From NCBI GenBank assembly GCA_038245195.1, contig JBBRSU010000005.1:1-52251 (forward strand): a stretch of 52,251 bases of DNA. Direction: 5' to 3'. The stretch's first letter is position 1, and each line of letters starts with the position of its first letter. The DNA comes from Candidatus Saccharimonadales bacterium. GTDB lineage: Bacteria; Patescibacteriota; Saccharimonadia; Saccharimonadales; UBA10212. A program made the position numbers and the translations under genes. This document shows positions 1 to 9,856 of the stretch, one piece after another. The notes under the pieces were generated by a model. It did not search any database. It was not told the DNA's origin and saw only the letters and a program-made list of their open reading frames with translations.

Positions 1-1
1 C

Positions 2-988
2 CCCCACCCCACCCACGCACAAACTACTACACCTACTGATGGTATTAGCTTACAGATATCTCCCTTACCAATTGAGCTAGTAGCTAAACCGGGTAGCTCA
101 CTTACAACTGATCTTAGAGTTAGAAATGCTGGAACTCAAACCGAGAAACTCCAAGTTAAACTACTTAAAGTATCTGAGGATAATAACGGAGTAGTTCATC
201 TGTCTACTCCAGGGCCTAATGATGCCTTTGTTAACTGGGTAAGCTTCGATAGAACTGTATTTGATGCACCTTCTAACCAATGGCAGACCATTAAGATGAC
301 AGTTAATGTGCCTAAGACTGCGGCCTTTGGTTACTACTGGGCGGTAGAGTATCTTAGAGCCAATGCCGAACCAACCCAAGCTGGTAAGGCGGTAGCCCGT
401 GGAGCCGTAGCTACCTTTATACTACTTAATGCTGATGCCCCGGGGGCTAAGCGCCAAGCTAGCCTAGTTAGCTTTGGAGCCGATAAAAAAAGCTATGAGT
501 TCCTACCGGTTAGTTTTAGCCTCAAACTTAGTAATACCGGTAATGTCCATGTAGCCCCACACGGCAATATCTTTATTAACAAAGGCTCAAAGCAAGTAGC
601 TTCAATTGCAGTTAATCCAACCGAGGGCAATGTGCTGCCGGGCGGGTCTAGGTTCTATGATGCTGCTTGGAATGATGGCTTTCCGGTCTATGTTGCTGGG
701 GCTGATGCTAAGGGTAAGATAACTAAGAGTTTAAAGTGGGACTTTTCTAAGGTTAACCATCTAAGGTTTGGTCATTATACAGCCCATCTATTGCTAGTCT
801 ACGACAATGGGACTAGGGATGTACCACTAGAAGCTAGTGTTAGTTTTTGGGTAGTACCGTGGAGGGTTATAGTTGGCCTGCTATTCATAGGACTATTTGT
901 GGGCATCGGCTTATGGTCTACTTTTAGAAAATCGGCTCGGTTTGTTAAACGCCGCTCATCAAAAAATAATAAACCCAATGAAACATAA
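2..988 (+). CDS. DUF916/WxL-interacting-protein-like membrane-anchored surface protein (5' partial)
   Basis: Frame is open from position 2 (PHPTHAQTTTPTDGISLQISPLPIELVAKPG...) into ORF 296..988. It has NTGNVHVAPHG, a beta-rich body, and a C-terminal TM helix (VPWRVIVGLLFIGLFVGIGLW) followed by a basic tail. Confidence 0.7.
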   Translation, partial: PHPTHAQTTTPTDGISLQISPLPIELVAKPGSSLTTDLRVRNAGTQTEKLQVKLLKVSEDNNGVVHLSTPGPNDAFVNWVSFDRTVFDAPSNQWQTIKMTVNVPKTAAFGYYWAVEYLRANAEPTQAGKAVARGAVATFILLNADAPGAKRQASLVSFGADKKSYEFLPVSFSLKLSNTGNVHVAPHGNIFINKGSKQVASIAVNPTEGNVLPGGSRFYDAAWNDGFPVYVAGADAKGKITKSLKWDFSKVNHLRFGHYTAHLLLVYDNGTRDVPLEASVSFWVVPWRVIVGLLFIGLFVGIGLWSTFRKSARFVKRRSSKNNKPNET

Positions 989-1955
989 AAGATTATTAAA
1001 TGTGTTTGGTCTAGCAGTATTTGGATTAATGCTATTAGCATACAAGCCAGCCGCGGCCATAGGTTCACCAGTACAAAAACCGTTGGGTATAACAATCTCA
1101 CCAGCTTTTCAACAAATCACCATCAAGCAAAGTGATGACAGCCAGGCCATGACTTTCACAATCACTAATAATAAAGCTAGTGTTTTGGTATTAAAACTCA
1201 GCACATCAGACTTTAACACATTGGATGAAACCGGCGGTTTGTTTTTTATTGGCTCTAACCCAACTGCAATCCAAAAAAAGTACGGCTTGGCCAAATGGGT
1301 AGAGTTACCTTATAAAACTTTAGATGTAGACCCAGGGCAAACGGTAACAGTAAACGCTAAGGTACTTAATCTATCTAGCCTTAACCCTGGTGGCCACTAC
1401 GGAGCCATAAACATTTCCGAATCTACTACCGACTTAAAAGCTGCAAACAAAATATCGGTGCATCCAGTAGCGTCTTGCTTATTTTTTGTAACTAAACTCG
1501 GTGGCGATATTCATCGTCTAAAGCTAGCCAATGTATATATAGATAAAAAAATATATAGACTTCCGAGCTCAATTAAACTTCGGTTTAAGAACGACGGAAA
1601 CACCCATCTAATACCACGCGGTGTAGTAACAATAGTTGATAGTAAAAATAAAATAGTGGGCTCCGGTATAATTAACCAAAATTCAAATATTATATTGCCA
1701 GAAACTTACCGCCAGTACCAGGTATTAATAAACAATATAAGTTCTACTAGTAAGCCAGGCACATACTATCTGAAAGTTATCTATAGGTTTGATGGCTATG
1801 ATAAATATGGGACATATCAATCCAAACTGGTATATATTCCATTACTCTATGGTCTATTGTTTCTGGGAATTCTGGTTGGTCTCGTTATATACGTAATTAG
1901 AAAAAGCACTATCAAATTTCGAGTAAAAAAATTAGAACAACTAAAGAATAATTAA
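978..1955 (+). CDS. Second DUF916/WxLIP-like surface protein (paralog of the upstream gene)
   Basis: ATG at 978 overlaps the upstream stop and gives signal peptide MKHKRLL...AAA. Motifs GITISPA, PGGHYGAI and NDGNTHLIPRG match the upstream paralog. C-terminal TM helix plus Lys-rich tail. Confidence 0.7.
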   Translation: MKHKRLLNVFGLAVFGLMLLAYKPAAAIGSPVQKPLGITISPAFQQITIKQSDDSQAMTFTITNNKASVLVLKLSTSDFNTLDETGGLFFIGSNPTAIQKKYGLAKWVELPYKTLDVDPGQTVTVNAKVLNLSSLNPGGHYGAINISESTTDLKAANKISVHPVASCLFFVTKLGGDIHRLKLANVYIDKKIYRLPSSIKLRFKNDGNTHLIPRGVVTIVDSKNKIVGSGIINQNSNIILPETYRQYQVLINNISSTSKPGTYYLKVIYRFDGYDKYGTYQSKLVYIPLLYGLLFLGILVGLVIYVIRKSTIKFRVKKLEQLKNN

Positions 1956-2208
1956 TATGTCCACACACTAATCCTTGTTCGCTAATTATTTACTAAAAGA
2001 AAATTGATTAAGTGAACTATTTAGTTATTCGTTTACTCCTTAGCGATTCGATTGATATGCTCTTTATACAGGCTAGATTGATACGTAGCTATTCTTAGTT
2101 TGAACACCTATTTTTGTATCTGTTATTACGCTTGTCAGTCTAGTTTTATGTTGTTATGCTTTAATCAACACAAACAGGGGTTGTGCAATAAGCAAAGCGC
2201 ACATAAAT

Positions 2209-5200
2209 ATGCGAATAACAAATTTCCATAAACTAACACTATTGGCAATCGGCCTAGCGAGTCTAGGCTTTTTGCTGTTAGTGCCAAAACCCACCTTAGC
2301 CGCTAACCCTGCTACGGTTAATTTTCAAGGTAAAGTTACCAATCCTAATGGCACCAATGTTACAGATGGCAGTTATAGCTTTGTGTTTAGGCTTTATCAA
2401 AACGTTAATATAAATACCTACAATCCAAATTCGTTAACTTGTTCGGCTGATACGAACTGTTGGTGGGAAGAGTCCGATACGTTAACCGTTACAAACGGTG
2501 TGTTCCAGGTTGAGCTTGGCGGAGTTTGTGCTTTTAGTTCGGCTTGTAACAGCGGGCATAGTGGTATTAATTTTAATGCCCAAAATGCCTTGTCATTAAC
2601 TATGAAATTTAATAGTGATGCAGCCGGTTACATGACCCCGCTACTGCACTTACAATCGGTGCCGTATGCTTACAATTCCGATAGTTTGGGTGGCATTGCG
2701 GCAGCTAATTATGTTCAGTTGGCCAATGGCTTGCAGACAGATACATCATCTACCAATGCTTCAATTGCAATAAATAAGACAGGTGGTACGGCAAATATCC
2801 TGACACTTCAACAAGCCGGTGTCGATACTTTTACAATTAATAATTCTGGGTCAGTTTTATCTAGAACCAATGTTAACTCTTCAACAGCCTTCCAGGTCCA
2901 AAACTCCGCCTCAACGAATCTGCTTACCGCCGATACGACCAATATGCGTTTAGGGGTTGATGTAACTTATTCCGCAATGTCAGCACCAGCCAGCCCAGCG
3001 GCCACCAACCCAGTCCAAACAGTTATCACCAGCGTTGTACCAACTGGTGGTACGGCCACTTCATATACCTATGAGGTAGTAGCCGCTACGACCACACAAG
3101 ACGGTAACCAAGCGGCATCGACTCCTGTTACTAACGCCACCGGGCCAGCTGTACTTAGCGCCACCGCTTATGAAACTATCAACATAACTCCCAGCTGCAC
3201 ATATACTTGTTACGTCTACCGTACTTCATCCGGTGGTAGCCCGAGCTCTACAGGTCTAATTGGTACCACTACTTTCTCTTCCTTTGTTGATGACGGCCGA
3301 CCAGCAAGTGGTGGCTCTGCGCCAACCCCAGCTGGTAGTTTAACTACAGCCACCCAATACTTTTACAAGATAACCGCCATCGATAGTGCTGGCGGTGAAA
3401 CATTGCCGTCTACAGAAGTTAGTGCCACCACTGCCGCCGGGCGTTTAACTAATGATGTATCCTGGACGATGGTAGACGGTGCCACCAGCTACAAGGTATA
3501 CCGCTCCACCACAAGCAACGCCGAAGTTTACCTCACTACTGTCGTTGGCAATACCACATATAACAACACTACAGTTTACTTCACTGACGATGGTTCCATA
3601 ACCATTGGCAGTGCTACTGTACCCACCACCGCCACCGCAAAAGTATCTACCAATAACTCTGCCTCCACAGTCCAGTTAACAATAGGCGGACTTGGTACGG
3701 CTACAGGACAAGTTTATGTTAGCGGGATGGCACCTGTGGACATAACCAGTGGTGGAGTAGCTTCTTTAAATACAGGTGCAGCAGTAGGCGCGAGGCCGTT
3801 ATACGTTGTTGGTGATTACGCGTATGTGCTTAACAACGGGGTCAATAAACTACAAGTGTTTGATGTTTCTAATCCAACCAGTCCGGTGAATCTAACAGGT
3901 AGTGGCGTGTCCACTGGGACGCTGCCGCAGGCTGTAAACGTACAAGGACATTACGCTTATGTTATCTCTCGGACCAGTGCAAAACTACAAGTTTTTGACA
4001 TTTCTAATCCCGCCATTCCATTGGATATATCAAACGGTGGTGTTAGTACCGTTTCCTCACCACAGGACCTGTACGTAAGAGGCTCTAATGTTTATATCGT
4101 TAATGATACCAAGTTGCAGATATTCGATGTAAGTATGCCAAGTTCTCCTTTTGATGTTAGTTCCGGCGGTGTAGCTTGCGGAATTACTTGTAGAAGAATA
4201 TACCTACAAGGGAATTATGCCTATCTAGCAGGTGACGGACTAGTAGCCTTTGATGTCTCAAACCCTTCTTCTCCAACTAATGTGAGTGGGAAGGGTATAG
4301 CTGTATCTGCTTCGTATGTGTATGGGTTATTCATTCAAGGCAAATATTTATACGCGGGTACTGCTGGTACTGCGTGGTCAATTTTCGATATCTCCAATCC
4401 AGCAACCATAATACATACTGGTGATGCATATACTATGTCTGGCTCGGTGGCAATGTTTGTGCAAGGTCGGTATGCTTACAGTATAGATTCGTCTCAATAC
4501 AAGCTAAATGTGGTTGATGTTTCTAACCCCGTTAAACCTATTAAGATAGCTAGCGTTGCTACCGCCGGGGCTTCTACAGATGGGTATGGGTTGTTTGTCC
4601 AAGGTCACTATGCCTACGTCTATTCTGGTAATAAAATACAAATATTTGAACTGGGGGGCACCTACACTCAACAATTAGAGGCAGGTGGCGCTAAGGTTGG
4701 CTCCCTGACCGTAAACGGGAACAGCCAACTTACGGGAGATCTTAGCCTGCAGGGTGGTTTACAGTTAGGGCAAAGTATCCAGGTCAGCGGCAACCTGGGC
4801 TTAGCTGGGGGTGCCAACCTGCTTGGCGGAGTTAAGCTCACTGGCGGCAAAAATCTGTTAGGCGCACCCACTAACTTATCTGCTGGTGCAGCTACTTCTG
4901 GCGGTTCACTAAGCGGTGTATATAAGTATTATGTTACTGCTTATGATGCTTTCGGTGGTGAAACTACTTTATCTAATGAGGTAACTACTGCCAGCTTAGG
5001 CTCTCCAAACCAAACAGAACCATTAACCTGGACGGCTGTTAGTGGTGCTTCGGGATACAAAGTATATAGAACTGCCTCGGCAGGATCCAGCAACAGTGAG
5101 AAAGCCTTAATAAGTGTAACTACCAACAGCTACACAGATAATAATGCAGTTACGCTTAGTGCCGCTGCTCTGCCGTCGGGGCCAGATAGCACTGGACAAC

Positions 5201-5919
5201 TGACTGTTCAGGGTTCGGCCTTATTCAGGAACAGTGCTGACTCTTCTACCGCGTTTCAGGTGCAGAACTCCTCGGGTGCAAGCATTCTTAACATTGATTC
5301 TGTCAATTTAAGTTTGAGGGTAGGAAATGCAACTGATAACCTTACATTTACAGCCGGCACTTATGAACCAGTGCTCAATGGCTCAGCCCGCCATACTCGT
5401 ATGATGACTTTTGTACCGGAGTACCCGGGGGCGGTTTTAACCGGTGATGGCGCAAACAATACCGGCACTATGACATCTGACTTTTGTTCTGGTTCTTCAC
5501 TGCGCAACATACCAAGCGCTAGCAACCCTTGCGCCGCCAGTGTTGAGCACAACTATTACACTTGGGTGACAACGTCGCAAAACGATTATGACATTTGGCT
5601 GCGTTGGCAAATACCTAGCGACTTCTCTGATTTTGCGGCTTCTAGCCCAATAACTATGTACGGTTGGCGTACGGACTCAACGGCTACCACCACTGTTGAT
5701 CTTAGCCTCTATAATGCAAGCGGCACGCTTTGTGGCACGACCACCAACGTGGCTACGGGTACCGCGGCCTGGACCTCTACAGCGCTGGGCGGAACGATTA
5801 CTTCGGCAGGTTGCTCTATATCAGCCGGCAACGTAGTTAGTTTTAGAATGCAAATGAACGCCAACAACAAAACAGTCAGAGCCGGTGAATTAACGGTAAA
5901 TTATTTAAGCAAATGGTAA
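2209..5919 (+). CDS. Large secreted mosaic surface/fibre protein with FN3-like modules and seven LVIVD repeats
   Basis: Signal peptide; N-domain VNFQGKVT...SVPYAYNSDSLGG; two STAFQVQNS repeats; three FN3-like units (e.g. YFYKITAIDSAGGET...SYKVYRS); seven xVxGxYAYV...FDVSNP repeats. Confidence 0.8.
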   Translation: MRITNFHKLTLLAIGLASLGFLLLVPKPTLAANPATVNFQGKVTNPNGTNVTDGSYSFVFRLYQNVNINTYNPNSLTCSADTNCWWEESDTLTVTNGVFQVELGGVCAFSSACNSGHSGINFNAQNALSLTMKFNSDAAGYMTPLLHLQSVPYAYNSDSLGGIAAANYVQLANGLQTDTSSTNASIAINKTGGTANILTLQQAGVDTFTINNSGSVLSRTNVNSSTAFQVQNSASTNLLTADTTNMRLGVDVTYSAMSAPASPAATNPVQTVITSVVPTGGTATSYTYEVVAATTTQDGNQAASTPVTNATGPAVLSATAYETINITPSCTYTCYVYRTSSGGSPSSTGLIGTTTFSSFVDDGRPASGGSAPTPAGSLTTATQYFYKITAIDSAGGETLPSTEVSATTAAGRLTNDVSWTMVDGATSYKVYRSTTSNAEVYLTTVVGNTTYNNTTVYFTDDGSITIGSATVPTTATAKVSTNNSASTVQLTIGGLGTATGQVYVSGMAPVDITSGGVASLNTGAAVGARPLYVVGDYAYVLNNGVNKLQVFDVSNPTSPVNLTGSGVSTGTLPQAVNVQGHYAYVISRTSAKLQVFDISNPAIPLDISNGGVSTVSSPQDLYVRGSNVYIVNDTKLQIFDVSMPSSPFDVSSGGVACGITCRRIYLQGNYAYLAGDGLVAFDVSNPSSPTNVSGKGIAVSASYVYGLFIQGKYLYAGTAGTAWSIFDISNPATIIHTGDAYTMSGSVAMFVQGRYAYSIDSSQYKLNVVDVSNPVKPIKIASVATAGASTDGYGLFVQGHYAYVYSGNKIQIFELGGTYTQQLEAGGAKVGSLTVNGNSQLTGDLSLQGGLQLGQSIQVSGNLGLAGGANLLGGVKLTGGKNLLGAPTNLSAGAATSGGSLSGVYKYYVTAYDAFGGETTLSNEVTTASLGSPNQTEPLTWTAVSGASGYKVYRTASAGSSNSEKALISVTTNSYTDNNAVTLSAAALPSGPDSTGQLTVQGSALFRNSADSSTAFQVQNSSGASILNIDSVNLSLRVGNATDNLTFTAGTYEPVLNGSARHTRMMTFVPEYPGAVLTGDGANNTGTMTSDFCSGSSLRNIPSASNPCAASVEHNYYTWVTTSQNDYDIWLRWQIPSDFSDFAASSPITMYGWRTDSTATTTVDLSLYNASGTLCGTTTNVATGTAAWTSTALGGTITSAGCSISAGNVVSFRMQMNANNKTVRAGELTVNYLSKW
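3793..4659 (+). repeat. Seven tandem LVIVD-type repeats of about 40-43 aa (predicted 7-bladed beta-propeller)
   Basis: Units end FDVSNPTSP, FDISNPAIP, FDVSMPSSP, FDVSNPSSP, FDISNPATI, VDVSNPVKP and IFELGG. Confidence 0.8.
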
Positions 5920-8270
5920 AAGTAATACATAACTACGTGGCCAACAGGGCTTTGCGCATTTTGTCATTATTCATTATGGTTATCTTTGCTCTTTCGATTA
6001 TAGCCTTGACTTCTAAGACTAAGGTTTCGGCCGCCGGTATCAGCTATGTCTGCGCCTCGTCGGCCGCTGCTACTTCCTCGGCTGCCTGCACCGGAGAGCA
6101 AAACGGCGACTTGCTGGTGGTTTTTGCCTACCGCTCTAATAGCGCCACCGCTCCGACCCTAGCCACTGGCTTTACGCAGATTAACACCACTTCTAACTCT
6201 TCTGGCGGTACTAATGGCAGTATGCGAGCCGGCTGGATAGTGGCCAGCGCCAGCACTACCACCAGCGGTACTTGGACCAACGCCACCCACGTGGCAATGC
6301 AGGTCTATCGTAACCAAAATTCATCGCCTATTGGCAACAATGCCGTTACCGGCGGTAACAACTCCGGTACAACCGTCAGCTACCCAGCTACAACTCTTAG
6401 CGTCGGCGACGGTTCATCTTGGTTTGCTGGCTTTGCTGGCCGTGGCACCGGCCAATCGGTATTGGCTACCGCACCCAGCGGTATGACAAACCGTACCTCG
6501 GCGCCAGCCACACCCCTGGTAGCCGGCCACGACACCAATGCTGGCACGGCAACTAACTGGTCGACTACCAGTGTCAGTGGCTTTTCGGCGTCCTCGAAAT
6601 ACGTTTCATTGGTGGTTGAAATAAAAGCCGCGCCCACGGCCAACCTAACGCAAGACCACTACCGCTGGCGCAACGATGATGGCAGTGAGACTTCTGCCAG
6701 CTGGCGGCGGGCCGAAGATACTTCGGCAACGGCTAATACTGGTGTCGTACGGCGACTAAGGATACAGATTGCCAATCTGGGAGCAGCCACGGCCAGCTCT
6801 ACCACCTATCGACTTGAATACGGTTTAAAATCGTCCACTTGTAGCGCCATAGGCAGTTGGACAGCCGTGCCAGTTACCGCCACGACCGAGAAATTTCAGC
6901 TGGTAAATAGTACTTACTACACCGATGGTGCGGCCACTACCGCCCAATTAACAGCCGGTAATACCACTTTTGTGGCCGGCCAAGTAAAGGATACCGGTAA
7001 TACCACCTCTGGTATATCTTTGACAACCACTCAGTATACCGAGGTAGAGTACGCTCTGACTGCCACTTCAAACGCTGCTACGCTAGATGACTACTGCTTT
7101 AGAGTGACCAACGCCGGTGACGCTAGCCTGTTTACGTATTCTACTTACGCCGAGTTAGTTATTGGCGATCCGATTATAAACCAAAACCACTACCGTTGGC
7201 GCAACGATGACGGCGGCGAGTCATCGGGTGGCAGCGTGGTTGCTGGTGCAACGTCAGACTCTACTCCCTTAGGTGCTACCGGCTGGACCAATACCACCGC
7301 CGCCTATGGAACTACAGCGGACACTACCTATGCCACCGCCACTCCATCTGGCAAGAACGTCACGGACACTACTGACTATAGTGGCTACGGCTTTAATATT
7401 CCCTCTAGCGCCTCAATTACCGCTGTTACAGTAAAAGCCAGCTATCACGTTAGTACTACTTCGAGCATTGCTACTTTTAATCTTACGCCAGGCTATATAT
7501 CCGGCACTACTGCTTACTGCTCGGCCAACACTGATGCGACAGAACCTACAACCGATACAACGTTTAGTGTTGACGTCAGCGCCTGTACCGCCTGGACGCC
7601 GGCCAGCGTTAATAACATAGTCCTAGAAACCGCGGGAACTAGAGGCAACAGCAATACGGCCGTTACCTTTAGTCTTGACTTTACAGAGATAGATGTAAGC
7701 TACACTATAACGCCGGCTAGCTATGTAGCGGCGGCCGACACAGCTGTTACCGGCGCAACCACCGGCCAGTCACTAAGGTTAAGATTTGAGGCCGCCAACA
7801 CCGGTGCGTCAGCCGCCAACCGCAATTTGCTGTTGGAATATGCTCAGAAAACCGGTGGCACTTGCAGTGGCTTGGCATATAGCGCCGTGCCCACAACTAG
7901 CGGCTCTGACTTTCAGATGGCAACCTCTAGCTACTTTACAAATGGCGACCCAACAACCACACAGTTAAGCGCAACCGGTACTTACACAGCCGGTGTGATG
8001 GTGGCCTCGCCGTCTAATTCCAGTGGTGGTGGGGTTCTAAATATAGGCAACGGCAACTATACCGAGGTTGAATATATTTTTTCCTCAGCCGGCACAGCCG
8101 TTGGCAAAAATTACTGCTTACGTTTGAGTGATAACGGCACAGACCTGGATACCTACACTCAGTACGCCGAAATTGGCTTTTTGGCCAACGGCCCGACCAT
8201 CGACCAAGTAATGCGCGGTGGCACCTGGTTCTCTAACGGTACCAAGCAAAGCCAGTACTGGTCACAATAA
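5913..8270 (+). CDS. Secreted Ser/Thr/Ala-rich surface protein with a duplicated HYRWRNDDG domain
   Basis: Signal peptide; start overlaps the upstream stop; two homologous domains (HYRWRNDDG...YTEVEY...YCxR...TYxxYAE); no C-terminal TM helix. Confidence 0.8.
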   Translation: MVKVIHNYVANRALRILSLFIMVIFALSIIALTSKTKVSAAGISYVCASSAAATSSAACTGEQNGDLLVVFAYRSNSATAPTLATGFTQINTTSNSSGGTNGSMRAGWIVASASTTTSGTWTNATHVAMQVYRNQNSSPIGNNAVTGGNNSGTTVSYPATTLSVGDGSSWFAGFAGRGTGQSVLATAPSGMTNRTSAPATPLVAGHDTNAGTATNWSTTSVSGFSASSKYVSLVVEIKAAPTANLTQDHYRWRNDDGSETSASWRRAEDTSATANTGVVRRLRIQIANLGAATASSTTYRLEYGLKSSTCSAIGSWTAVPVTATTEKFQLVNSTYYTDGAATTAQLTAGNTTFVAGQVKDTGNTTSGISLTTTQYTEVEYALTATSNAATLDDYCFRVTNAGDASLFTYSTYAELVIGDPIINQNHYRWRNDDGGESSGGSVVAGATSDSTPLGATGWTNTTAAYGTTADTTYATATPSGKNVTDTTDYSGYGFNIPSSASITAVTVKASYHVSTTSSIATFNLTPGYISGTTAYCSANTDATEPTTDTTFSVDVSACTAWTPASVNNIVLETAGTRGNSNTAVTFSLDFTEIDVSYTITPASYVAAADTAVTGATTGQSLRLRFEAANTGASAANRNLLLEYAQKTGGTCSGLAYSAVPTTSGSDFQMATSSYFTNGDPTTTQLSATGTYTAGVMVASPSNSSGGGVLNIGNGNYTEVEYIFSSAGTAVGKNYCLRLSDNGTDLDTYTQYAEIGFLANGPTIDQVMRGGTWFSNGTKQSQYWSQ

Positions 8271-8291
8271 AATTTAAACTTGGGGCTCTAA

Positions 8292-9038
8292 CTAGACTTC
8301 GATGCGGTTGAAGCGGTTGACGGCAAAAAGAGTAGTAGCTACAAAAAGTCCAATAAGTACTGCGCTATCCAGTAACAATGAAAAGTGATGCTGGCTAATC
8401 ATACTGAATCTTAATAAGTCTACAACGTAGCTAAGCGGGTTAACCTCGGCTAAAATCCTAAGCCAGCTGGGAGCATTAGTTAGCGGGTAGAGTGCACTGG
8501 ATAAAAAGAATAACGGAAAAATTAAGAAGTTATTAATGCCTTGAAAGCCCTGAAAATCCTCTACCATACTGGCGATGCCAGCGCCGAAACTAGTTAGGGC
8601 AACACTAATTGCCAGAACAATAATAAAGGCCAGCGGCAATTGTGCGTAATTTTCCGGCCGAAAACCCAAGCCTATCGAGATGAAAAATACCAGTAAAGCC
8701 TGAAACAGGGAGATAGTGGCTCCACCCAGTGCGTTGCCCAATAATATCTTTACGCGCGGCACCGGGGCGACCAACATTTCTTTCAAAAAACCAAAACGTT
8801 TATCGAACAAAATCTGAATCCCCCAGAATACGCCGGAAAATAGCAGAGTTTGAATAATGATCCCTGGTACTAAAAACTGTAAGTAGTTGCCCTGCCCGGC
8901 TTTTTTATAGACTGCGCCAATACCGTAGCCTAGCGCTAGCAAAAATAAGATTGGCTGACCAATCGCTCCCAGAACCCGCGACTTACTGCGTACATAACGC
9001 TTCATTTGCCTAAGCCAAAGTATATATATTACATCCAT
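8292..9038 (-). CDS. ABC-2 type exporter permease (DrrB/NodJ family)
   Basis: About six TM segments, YLQFLVPGII, GFLKEMLVAP, NPLSYVVD; coupled to the ATPase gene. Confidence 0.9.
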   Translation of the reverse strand: MDVIYILWLRQMKRYVRSKSRVLGAIGQPILFLLALGYGIGAVYKKAGQGNYLQFLVPGIIIQTLLFSGVFWGIQILFDKRFGFLKEMLVAPVPRVKILLGNALGGATISLFQALLVFFISIGLGFRPENYAQLPLAFIIVLAISVALTSFGAGIASMVEDFQGFQGINNFLIFPLFFLSSALYPLTNAPSWLRILAEVNPLSYVVDLLRFSMISQHHFSLLLDSAVLIGLFVATTLFAVNRFNRIEV

Positions 9039-9847
9039 TAGCGTAACCGGCTGTTCCTTAGCGCACCTCGCACATTCAGGCCGTTATTGCTCATGCTGGT
9101 TTCGTCACGAACCGTTCGGCCGGTTAGTTCCAAATAGGCCTCTTCCAAGCTATCGGTCTTAGTCTTTTTAGCTAATTCGTTAGCAGTCCCAGTAGCGATA
9201 ATTTTTCCGTGGTCAATTATGGCAATTCGGCTGGCTACACCCTCGGCTTCTTCTAGATAATGGGTGGTGAAAAATATGGTCATGTTTTCAGAATCACTAA
9301 GTTTCTTAACATAGTCCCACAGTAAGTTTCGAGTTTGAGTATCTAGCCCCAAGGTTGGTTCGTCTAAAAACAAAATCTTGGGATGGTGTAACAAGCCACG
9401 AGCGATTTCTAGGCGCCGGCGCATTCCCCCAGAGTAGGTTTTTACATAGCCGTCTTTACGGCCCCATAAATCTACTAGCCTTAGCAGCTCCTCGATCCGG
9501 GAATCTTGCTCGGTTTTTGGGATGCCATACAAAACAGCGTGGATTTTCATGTTTTCAGCTGCAGTTAGCTCCTCTTCCAAGGCTGGGTCCTGAAACACGA
9601 TCCCAAAAGACTTGCGGGCTTTAGCTTGTTCTTTGGTTACGTCGTGTCCATTTAACATTAGTTTACCGCTGGTTGGTCTAAGCATGGTGGTTAGCATGCT
9701 AATAGTAGTGCTTTTGCCGGCACCATTCGGTCCCAAAAATGCAAAAATCTCGCCAGCTTTAATATCAAAGCTAATATCGTCGACTGCTTTAATTTCTCCG
9801 AAATATTTTTTGACATTTCGGGCCTCAATAACTGAATTAGAACTCAT
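9038..9847 (-). CDS. ABC exporter ATP-binding protein (DrrA/NodI family)
   Basis: Walker A GPNGAGKS, signature YSGGMRRR, Walker B LFLDEPT, H-loop TTHY. Confidence 0.93.
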   Translation of the reverse strand: MSSNSVIEARNVKKYFGEIKAVDDISFDIKAGEIFAFLGPNGAGKSTTISMLTTMLRPTSGKLMLNGHDVTKEQAKARKSFGIVFQDPALEEELTAAENMKIHAVLYGIPKTEQDSRIEELLRLVDLWGRKDGYVKTYSGGMRRRLEIARGLLHHPKILFLDEPTLGLDTQTRNLLWDYVKKLSDSENMTIFFTTHYLEEAEGVASRIAIIDHGKIIATGTANELAKKTKTDSLEEAYLELTGRTVRDETSMSNNGLNVRGALRNSRLR

Positions 9848-9856
9848 TAAGCCTTA

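Noticed and set aside
2160-2208. Hairpin containing GCAAAGC as a c-di-GMP riboswitch
   Set aside because: Only a short TGTGC/GCACA stem; the two-stem architecture and tetraloop/receptor are missing.
6651-7214. Near-identical ~30-nt repeats as a DGR template/variable pair
   Set aside because: Too short, differences are synonymous C/T rather than adenine-specific, and there is no reverse transcriptase nearby.
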